IMG/VR virus record: IMGVR_UViG_3300028129_000011
DNA: 64,000 nucleotides
Direction: 5' to 3' (one strand)
From: an uncultured virus (IMG/VR IMGVR_UViG_3300028129_000011)
Lineage: Duplodnaviria; Heunggongvirae; Uroviricota; Caudoviricetes
The translations under genes and the position numbers were made by a program. The notes beneath the pieces are model-generated. The model did no database searches. It was not told where the DNA came from and worked only from the letters and a program-made list of their open reading frames with translations. Positions 19,243 through 28,713 of this stretch are shown here, one piece after another (position 1 is the stretch's first letter; each line of letters starts with the position of its first letter).

Positions 19243-19610
19243 TTTGATTTAATTTTAGTTATTATTATTATTTTATTTTTATTTATAATTATTATCAAGA
19301 TATAATAGTAGTTATTTTGAGTTTTTTAATTATTATATTTTAATTTTAATTACAGTAATATTATCGAAGTTAAACGGTAGAGAGTTTGTACTATGCTATA
19401 CAGCGTAGCTGTTATAAATTAGTTACTCCCGTAGAAAAAGATCGAATATTTCCGTAAAATCATAGGAAAACCCAAAAAATTCTCGGAAAACCAAAAAAAA
19501 GACAGGGGGCCCGGCAAATTGAAACCATTTTGGAAAAAGAAGTCAAACGCTCTACGGTAGGGGCAGCCCCAAAACCCTATATATCTAACAAAATTTTAAA
19601 ACAAAAGGGG

Positions 19611-19653
19611 TGACAATAGGCTATTATATATTAATAGTAAGAGGCTAATGTCA
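19611..19653 (+). promoter_or_regulatory. 43-bp palindromic element, copy 3
   Basis: TGACAATAGGCTATTATATATTAATAGTAAGAGGCTAATGTCA. Confidence 0.85.
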
Positions 19654-19669
19654 TACTTTAGCTATAAAT

Positions 19670-19699
19670 TGTAAAATCGATGCTTCTTATGTAAGTATA
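19670..19699 (+). promoter_or_regulatory. Class II (middle/late) promoter WGTAA-N15-WGTAA(T/G)WATW; other copies 1333-1362(-), 9451-9480(-), 28649-28678(+), 47659-47688(+)
   Basis: Exact 15-nt spacer in five copies, each just upstream of a gene start. Confidence 0.75.
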
Positions 19700-19722
19700 T
19701 AGAGTATAAAATCAAAGTTTTC

Positions 19723-19992
19723 ATGGGTAAACAAAAATTATCTCCAGGCGCTAGAAAAAGAAAAGCAGCAAGAGACTTAGCGTATGCTAAAGGTATACCT
19801 TGGGAAGGCAAATCAACTGCTAAATTCAAGAGAAAAGAGAAAAAAGCGGAAAATCAAAGAATAGGTCAAAGATCTGACTCAGATATACACCATGTAAACG
19901 GTGAATTAGGGAATACTAAAAGAGTTTCAACATCGTCAAATAGAGATACGTTTAAAAACGGTGATAGAAAGAGGAAAAAAGATAAAAAATAA
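19723..19992 (+). CDS. Small basic HNH-like protein
   Basis: DIHHVNG...NTKRVSTSSNR. Confidence 0.55.
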   Translation: MGKQKLSPGARKRKAARDLAYAKGIPWEGKSTAKFKRKEKKAENQRIGQRSDSDIHHVNGELGNTKRVSTSSNRDTFKNGDRKRKKDKK

Positions 19993-19998
19993 CAAAAC

Positions 19999-20238
19999 AT
20001 GGCATTAATAAACAGTTATCAAGAGACACTAGCTTTATCAAATAGTGATTTAGTAGTAGTATCAAACAGTGGTGGTGTGACTAAGCAAGCGAAAGTAGAG
20101 ACATTAATTGAATTTGCTAGTGATAACATCGTTAAAGTAGCAGATAACTTTGCAAATGACAGTGCTGCTGCAACAGGTGGTGTAGCTGTAGGAGGTTTAT
20201 ACCATACTGATGGAGTTGTTAAAATTAGATTAGCATAA
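19999..20238 (+). CDS. Small structural protein
   Basis: C-terminal FANDSAAATGGVAVGGLYHTDGVVKIRL of the kind seen in fibre-associated proteins. Confidence 0.55.
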   Translation: MALINSYQETLALSNSDLVVVSNSGGVTKQAKVETLIEFASDNIVKVADNFANDSAAATGGVAVGGLYHTDGVVKIRLA

Positions 20239-20930
20239 TGAGTGGTATATCTTCTTATAAGAGGAAGAATAAACCGGTTGGTTCTGATATAATGATCGGA
20301 ACATCGGTAGACACTGGGCAGACTAAAAACTTTTCTGTCAATGCTCTATCTATAGCTGCTGTAAATGTTTATTTAGGTTCTAATAGCTTTCAATTTGTAA
20401 TAGATCCCAATGAAAGTGGTAATAGACCTGAGGCTAGTATATCATTTGAAAACTACGAGGGCGATAATACACAGTTTTCTAGTATTACTAGTCTATATGT
20501 AAACACTATAATGCTTAATGGTACTTATTCTATAGCTTATTTAACTAGATTAATTGGTGCAAATATTGTAATAAGTGATAGAAGAGACTTAGACAGGTAT
20601 GGTGTCTATAGACTTAACTCACTTACTTTAGTTAGTGGTAATGTTTACGAAATGAGTTTAACGTTTGTAGAAGGTAATAGCTCTATACATAACTTACACT
20701 ACTATGGTATAGCTTTTGACACTGATACTAATGCTGATAAAAACTTCGTATATAACCAATCGTCGCCTTCTGCTGTTTGGAATATACAACATAACTTAAA
20801 TAAATTCCCCTCAGTTACATCTGTTAACATAAATAATATAGAAGTTAAAGGTGAAATTGAATATACAGATCTAAACAACTTAACAATAACATTTTCTGCT
20901 GGTTTTTCCGGCAAAGCTTATCTAAACTAA
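20238..20930 (+). CDS. Putative structural/fibre-associated protein
   Basis: C-terminal W.I.HNLNKFPSV...ITFSAGFSGKAYLN module. Confidence 0.6.
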   Translation: MSGISSYKRKNKPVGSDIMIGTSVDTGQTKNFSVNALSIAAVNVYLGSNSFQFVIDPNESGNRPEASISFENYEGDNTQFSSITSLYVNTIMLNGTYSIAYLTRLIGANIVISDRRDLDRYGVYRLNSLTLVSGNVYEMSLTFVEGNSSIHNLHYYGIAFDTDTNADKNFVYNQSSPSAVWNIQHNLNKFPSVTSVNINNIEVKGEIEYTDLNNLTITFSAGFSGKAYLN

Positions 20931-20937
20931 AAAAAAC

Positions 20938-22308
20938 ATGGCTATAAATTATTTAAATAGTATTAACCTCAATCAGAACGAGCTGATAAAAGGTAGAATA
21001 GAAAACCAAGCTAGTGATGCTTTAGCTGGAACAGGTGTCGAAGGACAAATATACTACAACACTACAGAAGACGTACTTAAAGTATGGGCAGACGGTGCTT
21101 GGGTAGAAGTAGGTGGTGGAGTTATTACTCTAACTGCTGGTACCTACTTAACAGATACAGGTACTGCTGAAGATCCTATCATAAACCACGATAATACTTC
21201 AAGAACAGATACAACCTCTACAGATGCACCTACGTATGGTGGTACTTTTGAAGCTGTAACCAGTGTAACTACAAACGCTACGGGTCACGTAACAGCTATT
21301 GACGTATCTACCGTAACAATACCAGCTTCTGACGATACCAAATATGACTTATCTACCGCTTCAACAGGTACAGCTATTAGATTAACAGGTAGTGATTCTA
21401 CCACTGATGACGTAACTATTTCTGGTACTACGAATGAAATTACAGTAAGTAGACAGAGCGCTACAGAGTTAAGAGTTGGTTTACCAGACGATGTTACTAT
21501 TAATAACGATTTAACAGTTGGCAATGATCTTACCGTACAAGCTTATGCTACTTTTAATGGTGGTCTTGAAGTAAGTGCTAATAATACTATAGATGCAGGT
21601 GGTAACAAGATAGAGAATCTAGCTGATCCTACAAGTCAACAAGACGCAGCTACAAAACAATATGTTGATCAAGCTGTAACCGGAGCGTTAAGTTATCAAG
21701 GAGCGTATAACGCATCGACAAATGTACCTGACTTAACTACTTCACCAAACAGTATTAAAAAAGGTTGGACATATACAGTTACTGCAGATGGTACTTTCTT
21801 TGGTGAGCAATTAAGAGTTGGTGATGTATTAATTGCTGAAATAGATAATCCAACAGATTTAAACGCTTGGACAACAGTTCAAAACAATGTTGATCTAGCT
21901 GATCTAACTACAGTAGGTATTGGTAATGTAAATGCTGGTGAAGCAATAGATGTTTCATATGCTTCAGGTACAGCTACGGTTAGTGTTGAAGATTCTACAG
22001 CAAGTAACAAAGGTGCTGTAATAGTAGCTGGAGGAACTGGTATATCAGTCGCTTATTCAAGTGGTACAGCAACAGTAACAAACACAAACACAAACTCTAG
22101 CAATACTTATGCTGAAACAATCACGGATACAGATTTAACAATTGACCATAACTTAGGTACTAAAGATGTTATTGTACAGTTGTACGACATAACCACAGAC
22201 GAGACCGTATATGCTGACGTAGAAAGAATTAGCAACTCTAGGATTGGTGTTACATTTGCTTCAACTCCTGTAAATTCAGTTAGAGTATTAGTGCAGAAAA
22301 TAGGTTAA
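20938..22308 (+). CDS. Putative fibre/structural protein
   Basis: T/G/S-rich; KIENLADPT..QDAATKQYVD; C-terminal HNLGTKDVIVQ. Confidence 0.7.
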   Translation: MAINYLNSINLNQNELIKGRIENQASDALAGTGVEGQIYYNTTEDVLKVWADGAWVEVGGGVITLTAGTYLTDTGTAEDPIINHDNTSRTDTTSTDAPTYGGTFEAVTSVTTNATGHVTAIDVSTVTIPASDDTKYDLSTASTGTAIRLTGSDSTTDDVTISGTTNEITVSRQSATELRVGLPDDVTINNDLTVGNDLTVQAYATFNGGLEVSANNTIDAGGNKIENLADPTSQQDAATKQYVDQAVTGALSYQGAYNASTNVPDLTTSPNSIKKGWTYTVTADGTFFGEQLRVGDVLIAEIDNPTDLNAWTTVQNNVDLADLTTVGIGNVNAGEAIDVSYASGTATVSVEDSTASNKGAVIVAGGTGISVAYSSGTATVTNTNTNSSNTYAETITDTDLTIDHNLGTKDVIVQLYDITTDETVYADVERISNSRIGVTFASTPVNSVRVLVQKIG

Positions 22309-22324
22309 TAATTAAATACAATAC

Positions 22325-25300
22325 ATGAAATTTAAAAGTGACATAGAAATACAGGCTGGCGTAGAAGCAGGTGGTAGTACAGGTTCTAATGGACAAGTTT
22401 TATCATCTACAGGTTCTGGTGTCGCTTGGATAGATCAAAACACTATAAGCGCGAATAACGCTGAGCATGTTGTTATATATGTAAAAAACACACACACAGC
22501 TTCGATAGCTAAAGGAACACCTGTTTATATAACTGGAACTGTAGGTGCTACAGATACTGTTCAGATTGCTCCAGCTGATGCTAGCGATTCAGCTAAGATG
22601 CCAGCAGTTGGATTACTTGATGAAACGTTAGCTGTAAATGCTTTTGGTTACGTTATCACCGGTGGTTTTATGGATAACATAACAACCGACCCAATTGATG
22701 GTGTGACGCCTAATTCAAATGATACAGTTTACGTTAAAGCAGGTGGAGGACTTACGTTAACAAAACCAACAGGTCCAACTGGACTTATACAGAACGTTGC
22801 TAAGGTTGGTAAAGTATCTGGTGGTAATTCAGGTTCACTTATTGTTTCTTCTATACTTAGAACAAACGATGTGCCTAATCTTACAACTGGTAAAATATGG
22901 GTTGGTGATGGTAATACAACAGAATCTACAGTTGTTCACTTAGATGAGACTAACGGTAGGATGGGTATCGGAACGGATAGTCCTAGTGAGAAGCTAGGAG
23001 TTATAAGTAGTGATAATATAGGTACTACAAAAATTATAAGCGCATATTCTTTAAGTCAAAGTCAAAGTACTTCACTTGGATACAATAGTATAATGGGGAG
23101 CTATTCTTTAAATGTAGCAACCCTAACTGCACAGCCCATAACATTTTCACCTAACAGTAGTGAAGCAATGCGCATTGATGCCTATGGCAACGTCGGTATC
23201 GGAACGACTGATCCTGACTCAAAATTACATATAGTTAATCCAGACGGTGGATCATACCGATTTGGATATGGCGGAAGTTCTGATGTTTATTTTGACTCTG
23301 ATACTGTTTATTTTAGAACAGATAATGGGGGAGCGAATCTAATGACATCCACGGTAAATGGGCTAGGGATTGGTACTACAGAACCACAAACACTATTGCA
23401 TTTAACTCACGCTAATCCTATTCTACTATTAGAAGAAATTGACCAAATTGCTGATGCAAAAAGATGGGGTATTCAATCTGAAACATCAATTTTAAAGTTT
23501 AGAGCATTTAATGACGCTTTAACAACTGCTGTTGATGTTATGTCAATGACAAGGGCAGGCAACGTAGGTATCGGAACGACTGATCCTGGAGCTAAGCTAC
23601 ACGTGGTTGGTACATCTAATTTTCAAGGAAACATTCAGGTATCTGGAGGAACTTTTGTAGATTCTACAAGAAGAAATATTTATCTAAATTCATTTGATGG
23701 TGGCGGTGGAAATGGTATTTTCTTTAGAGACGGTTTTACGTACAATGCATCCATAACCGCTGAGGATCATAACGGTGGTTCGGCTGATGGTATTTGTATT
23801 AGTGGATATGATGGTGTTTCTTTTTCTACTGGAGCTAATAGCAAGAACGAAAGAATGCGTATTACCTCTTCAGGTAACGTAGGTATTGGCACGACTAATC
23901 CTAATGAAAAACTACACGCAGCTGGTAATATACACGCATATGATGCTAGCGGTATTGACGCGGCATTATTTGCAAGTACAGCCGCTGGCTCAACAACTAT
24001 TGCAATTAGATCTTTGGGAATAACTCATTTTAACGGCGGCAACGTTGGTATCGGAACGACTAGTCCTGCTCATAAGCTTGAAGTTGCTGGAGTTATACCT
24101 AAAATATATATAAATAGTTCTAACAATACTGGTGGATCTATAATTTTTGATGACAACTTATCTACGGGGACTGAAATACAAGGAACACAAGGTAATGTTA
24201 TATTCAAACAGTCTGGCTCAGAAAAAATGCGTATCACCTCAGATGGTAAAGTTGGTATTGGTACGACTAGTCCTAGCGCTAAGTTAGAGGTTTCATCCAC
24301 TAGTGGCTGGGGTCTATTCACGGAAAGAGGAATTAAAGATGGGTCAACTAGTACTTACTCCCATAGCTATGGAGCAGGAAATGCTCATATTTTAGGTAGA
24401 GCTATGTATTTTGAAAACGTAGCTGTTTTTTCTACATCAACAGCAGACGCGACTACAAAAGAATATAGATTTAAAAATTCAGCTGATAAGTTAATAGTAG
24501 AGTCGCTTGTTTCAGGGGGTATTACTGATAGTAATATACTAGTTTTATCAGGAAGCAACGTTGGTATTGGGACGACTAGTCCTGAGGCTAAACTTCATGT
24601 AGTAGGTAATGTTTTAGCCGATGCTGGAGCATCTTCCAATTACTCTAAAATACTAGGAAATGCTGCTGAGGTATTAATAGGTCGAACTACTACCAATGGA
24701 ATTAAGTTATATGTTGGTAGTTCTAACCAACACCAAATACAGGTACTAGGAAATTTTCCTCTAGACTATTACATTAACGGAGCATTCCACACTAGGTTTA
24801 GCAACGACGGCAACGTCGGGATCGGGACGACTAGTCCTTCAGAAAAACTTAACGTTAATGGTAACATATTAGCTACAGGAACAATACTTGGTAGTAACCT
24901 TTCAGGAACTAACACGGGGGATCAAGACTTAAGTGGGTATTTATTACTTTCAGGTGGAACAGTAACTGGCAATTTAACTTTAAGTTATGCTTACCCAAGA
25001 ATAAACCTATACGACACAAATAATGATTCAGATTATTCTATAATAAATAACGATGGATCTTTTAGCATTTATGATGTAACAAATAACTCTCATAGACTCA
25101 GTATAGCTTCAGGCGGTAACGCAACTTTTGCAGGTTCTATAAATACAACTTACGTGAATAGTGGTGGTTTTACAGATGGCTATATTATTTGGAATGCAGC
25201 ACAATTAAATAGATATGGCGCAGCAATAGAATTGCAATTTACTCCAACAAATGCGTCAACTACAGTAAAAATAGGCGCTAATGGTTCTAATCCCACGACA

Positions 25301-25744
25301 TTTAATGCTTATACTGGAGAAGCAACTTTTACAGGTAACGTAGGTATCGGAACGACTAGTCCTGGGTATAAGTTAGATGTATCAGGAGGTATAAATGCAG
25401 GAGGAAAAGTAACTTATAGTAAATCAGCTGGCAGTTTAAGTACAACAGGGTATGCTGTGGCAGGACTTACAACAGGGTTTAACGGCGCATCAGCTGGGTT
25501 TACTTTCACATGCTTTGGGCACACAGGAAAGTATCAAAGAATAGTTTACAGTTGTCATAATGCAGCGGGTACGTGGATTACAAATAAAGTAATAGATGAG
25601 GGAACAAATGACTTTGATGTAGTAGCATCAGCTAACGGGTCAACTATAACATTTACATTTAAATCAACTAGTGGAACTAAATCGTATACTCCAAGAGTAA
25701 CTGTAGAAGCATCTGGTGCAGCAATTAATTCAACATACGCATAA
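22325..25744 (+). CDS. Tail fibre with GNVGIGTTSP repeats
   Basis: About 10 G(N/K/R)VGIGT repeats separating variable modules. Confidence 0.85.
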   Translation: MKFKSDIEIQAGVEAGGSTGSNGQVLSSTGSGVAWIDQNTISANNAEHVVIYVKNTHTASIAKGTPVYITGTVGATDTVQIAPADASDSAKMPAVGLLDETLAVNAFGYVITGGFMDNITTDPIDGVTPNSNDTVYVKAGGGLTLTKPTGPTGLIQNVAKVGKVSGGNSGSLIVSSILRTNDVPNLTTGKIWVGDGNTTESTVVHLDETNGRMGIGTDSPSEKLGVISSDNIGTTKIISAYSLSQSQSTSLGYNSIMGSYSLNVATLTAQPITFSPNSSEAMRIDAYGNVGIGTTDPDSKLHIVNPDGGSYRFGYGGSSDVYFDSDTVYFRTDNGGANLMTSTVNGLGIGTTEPQTLLHLTHANPILLLEEIDQIADAKRWGIQSETSILKFRAFNDALTTAVDVMSMTRAGNVGIGTTDPGAKLHVVGTSNFQGNIQVSGGTFVDSTRRNIYLNSFDGGGGNGIFFRDGFTYNASITAEDHNGGSADGICISGYDGVSFSTGANSKNERMRITSSGNVGIGTTNPNEKLHAAGNIHAYDASGIDAALFASTAAGSTTIAIRSLGITHFNGGNVGIGTTSPAHKLEVAGVIPKIYINSSNNTGGSIIFDDNLSTGTEIQGTQGNVIFKQSGSEKMRITSDGKVGIGTTSPSAKLEVSSTSGWGLFTERGIKDGSTSTYSHSYGAGNAHILGRAMYFENVAVFSTSTADATTKEYRFKNSADKLIVESLVSGGITDSNILVLSGSNVGIGTTSPEAKLHVVGNVLADAGASSNYSKILGNAAEVLIGRTTTNGIKLYVGSSNQHQIQVLGNFPLDYYINGAFHTRFSNDGNVGIGTTSPSEKLNVNGNILATGTILGSNLSGTNTGDQDLSGYLLLSGGTVTGNLTLSYAYPRINLYDTNNDSDYSIINNDGSFSIYDVTNNSHRLSIASGGNATFAGSINTTYVNSGGFTDGYIIWNAAQLNRYGAAIELQFTPTNASTTVKIGANGSNPTTFNAYTGEATFTGNVGIGTTSPGYKLDVSGGINAGGKVTYSKSAGSLSTTGYAVAGLTTGFNGASAGFTFTCFGHTGKYQRIVYSCHNAAGTWITNKVIDEGTNDFDVVASANGSTITFTFKSTSGTKSYTPRVTVEASGAAINSTYA

Positions 25745-25747
25745 TAT

Positions 25748-27742
25748 ATGGCAATTAAAAAAATAAATACAGATTTACAAATAGAAGCGGGATTACTTGA
25801 CGGTGATGGTAATTCAGGTAATTCTAACCAAATATTAATCTCTACAGGAACAGGTATTGACTGGGTTGATGGCTCGGGATCAAGTATTATAGGTGGTCCT
25901 TACTTACCACTTTCAGCTGGAGCAAGTTATCCTTTGACGGGTGATTTATTAACTTCAGGTAATATATATCTAAATAATAATAAAACCATCTTTGGTAAAA
26001 ACACCAGCGGTTCTAGTTATGGGCTATTAACTATAACTAGCGGCAACGTTATTAAATTAGGTGCTTACGCCTACACTAGTGCGGCTACGCAAATTGGCCT
26101 TGGTGATAACGGTTCATTCTTAATTGGGTCATCTACGGTGATGAAGATTGACTCCTCAGGTAACGTCGGTATCGGAACGAGTCCTGGTGAAAAGTTAGAT
26201 GTTGCCGGTAACATACGACTATCAGGGAACGTTATAAACGCATCAAATACTGCATATTATTTAGACTTAGATGGAACATCTAGATTAAATCACGGTATTT
26301 TTACTTCAACTTTAAGTTTTGGTAATTTTAGCACTGGTATTCAAGGTACTCTATTTGAAGGCTACTCTACGCATTCAGTAGTAAGAACAGACTCAGCAAG
26401 ACTTGACTTCTATATGGGTAAAACCACTACAGGAGTTGGTACTATGATGTCATTGACTGATACAGGAAGAGTTGGTATTGGAACGACGAGTCCAGCCGCC
26501 CCATTACATGTAGATCTAAGTGACGTTCAGGTTAAGTTTCAATTAAACAATTTAAACTCAGGATTTGATGGGATTCTTGTAGACGGTACAAACGCATCAT
26601 ACAACTTAAAGGGCGGAAACGGTGACGAGTATGGTTTGATAGTATTAAACGACGGCTCGTTTAGGATATTCAATCCAGGTGTATCTGGCTATGGATTCAC
26701 CATGACAAACACCGGGCGTTTTGGTCTATCCAACACAGTCCCTACACAAAAGCTAGATGTAAACGGAAATATAAAGCTGTCAAATAACAGTCAGTTAATG
26801 TGGAGGAATGCAGCCAACAATGCTGACATACCAATTGTACAACTTACCAGTTCTAATCAACTAAACATAGGAACAACTTCAAGTTCTGTTCCTACTGTGG
26901 TAGCGGTACATACATCTTCTGCTGAAAGAATGCGTATTGATTCTAACGGCAACGTCGGAATCGGAACAACTAGTCCTGGTTCTAAATTAGAAGTTAGAGG
27001 AGATAGCGGCTCTAGCGCTTTATTATCTTTAATATCTGACAGTGGAACACCTAACGATGCTTTCATGAGGTTTTATGACGAAGGCGGTGGTGGAGCTTAT
27101 TCAGTTGGGATAGACTCTAGTGATGAAAAGTTTAAGATTGCTTTTGACTATGATGGTGACTCTTTAACAACTGGTACAAAACTAGTTATGGATACCTCAG
27201 GCCGCGTCGGTATCGGGACGACTAGTCCTGGAGCTAAATTAACTATTGAAGGAGGTGATGATAATTCTTCTACGGGTGTTTTAGAATTAAGAACAACTGG
27301 CGGAACAAACCTTAAAATAGGGGGAAACACAAATTATAGTTTTATACAAAGCCATAGCTCTAAGCCTTTATATATAAACCAGCTTGGAAATAATGTAATT
27401 ATAAATAGCAGCAGTGGCCGCGTTGGGATTGGGACAGGTAGTCCTGGTGAAAAGTTAGAAGTATCTGGAAATGTTAAAGCAACAAATTTTATATTAAGTT
27501 CTGACGCGTCTTTAAAGGAAGATATAAAAGATTTAAATGTAAAGGTAGATGCTAAATGGAGGTCTTATAAGTTCAAGGATAGTAAAGAGACACGTTATGG
27601 TGTTATAGCTCAAGAGTTAGAAGAAACAAACCCTGAGTTAGTAAAAACAGATGAAGAAGGTTTAAAATCTGTAAAGTATATTGATTTATTAATTGCTAAA
27701 ATAGCTGAGTTAGAAGCTAGGTTAGAAAAAGCAGGATTATAA
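25748..27742 (+). CDS. Tail fibre with C-terminal intramolecular chaperone (peptidase S74)
   Basis: GNVGIGT repeats; SDASLKEDI...GVIAQELE..PELV plus coiled-coil end. Confidence 0.88.
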   Translation: MAIKKINTDLQIEAGLLDGDGNSGNSNQILISTGTGIDWVDGSGSSIIGGPYLPLSAGASYPLTGDLLTSGNIYLNNNKTIFGKNTSGSSYGLLTITSGNVIKLGAYAYTSAATQIGLGDNGSFLIGSSTVMKIDSSGNVGIGTSPGEKLDVAGNIRLSGNVINASNTAYYLDLDGTSRLNHGIFTSTLSFGNFSTGIQGTLFEGYSTHSVVRTDSARLDFYMGKTTTGVGTMMSLTDTGRVGIGTTSPAAPLHVDLSDVQVKFQLNNLNSGFDGILVDGTNASYNLKGGNGDEYGLIVLNDGSFRIFNPGVSGYGFTMTNTGRFGLSNTVPTQKLDVNGNIKLSNNSQLMWRNAANNADIPIVQLTSSNQLNIGTTSSSVPTVVAVHTSSAERMRIDSNGNVGIGTTSPGSKLEVRGDSGSSALLSLISDSGTPNDAFMRFYDEGGGGAYSVGIDSSDEKFKIAFDYDGDSLTTGTKLVMDTSGRVGIGTTSPGAKLTIEGGDDNSSTGVLELRTTGGTNLKIGGNTNYSFIQSHSSKPLYINQLGNNVIINSSSGRVGIGTGSPGEKLEVSGNVKATNFILSSDASLKEDIKDLNVKVDAKWRSYKFKDSKETRYGVIAQELEETNPELVKTDEEGLKSVKYIDLLIAKIAELEARLEKAGL

Positions 27743-28197
27743 TGGCAGTACCTAATACAACAACGTTTACACTTGAGGATGTTAGGCTTGAGGTTGATCC
27801 TTCTAAAAACGATTTAGACACTCTTATTCTTATTGCTAATGCGCAAAGTCCTAGCGAGTGGGATCCTAATTATGAAGGTAGTAAGAACAGCTTGCTTAAT
27901 TTTAGAAACTACGGAGCTGGACCTACTTTTACTGCTTTTCAAATGACTACTCAAAAATATTTCCAAGTATCAAACATTAATTGTTCAGATACTACATATA
28001 CAACTTACTATCATGATGGAATTGGTCTCGAACCTGATTTGGGTGATACTATTTACGAAGACAGTTTAGGCCAAACACCGCATAATGGATTATTTTTTGG
28101 TAGTAATGGGTGGAGGTTGCTTGCGTCGTCAAGAAGCGCTGTAGCTGTGAGTTCAAATGGAGTAGTTACAGGTACAGATGCTGGATGTGCATTCTAA
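27742..28197 (+). CDS. Putative fibre-associated protein
   Basis: Coupled to the fibre gene (TAATG). Confidence 0.55.
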   Translation: MAVPNTTTFTLEDVRLEVDPSKNDLDTLILIANAQSPSEWDPNYEGSKNSLLNFRNYGAGPTFTAFQMTTQKYFQVSNINCSDTTYTTYYHDGIGLEPDLGDTIYEDSLGQTPHNGLFFGSNGWRLLASSRSAVAVSSNGVVTGTDAGCAF

Positions 28198-28272
28198 TTC
28201 AAAAAGTTGTGGAGCAACTTGTAACAAAAATAACATAAATAAATAAATATTAATAAGTAAAAACAGAAAATT

Positions 28273-28653
28273 ATGATTAATTACGCATGGAATTGCAAAA
28301 CAGTAGACGCTTACCCTATAGTAGGAGATGAAGCAGATGTAGTGTACAACGTACACTGGAGAGTAACAGGTACTTCGGATCAAGTTGATCCTCAAGGTAA
28401 TCCTTACTCAAGTACTAATATTGGTACACAAACACTAAACACTGAGGATATAACTGATTTTATACCTTTTGACCAACTTACAAATGAACAAGTTGTTGAA
28501 TGGACAAAGTCAGCTATGGGTGAAGAACAAGTTTTATCTATTGAGTCTAGCATTGAGTCACAGATAAACAACTTAATAACACCTTCTTCAGTTACATTAA
28601 CAATAGGTGATGATCCTGCTCCTGAGCAAGAAGCTCCTGTAGAACAAGAGTAA
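28273..28653 (+). CDS. Putative tail-fibre accessory protein
   Basis: VVYNVHW...FIPFDQLT..QV.EW pattern; position after the fibres. Confidence 0.55.
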   Translation: MINYAWNCKTVDAYPIVGDEADVVYNVHWRVTGTSDQVDPQGNPYSSTNIGTQTLNTEDITDFIPFDQLTNEQVVEWTKSAMGEEQVLSIESSIESQINNLITPSSVTLTIGDDPAPEQEAPVEQE

Positions 28654-28713
28654 TTTTGACACAAACCGTGTAATAATAAAAAATACACGAAATAAAATTA
28701 AATTAAATAAAAT

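Larger units (their letters stand above)
8154..19388 (-). promoter_or_regulatory. Class I (early) promoter family, 12 copies: CAAA-N3-AATACG-N10-GATAATA
   Basis: 30-bp copies starting at 8154, 11373, 12132, 13145, 14188, 14826, 16205, 17419, 18009, 18485, 19290, 19359; invariant spacing; all upstream of minus-strand genes. Confidence 0.85.

Noticed and set aside
8154..19388. Early-region repeats as a CRISPR array or as host TAnnTTTG promoters
   Set aside because: The repeats are dispersed and gapped with no regular spacers; TTTG lies on the non-coding strand and TAnnTTTG is not conserved
22325..27742. Diversity-generating retroelement or invertase shufflon in the fibres
   Set aside because: No reverse transcriptase, adenine-specific TR/VR pair, recombinase or inverted cassettes
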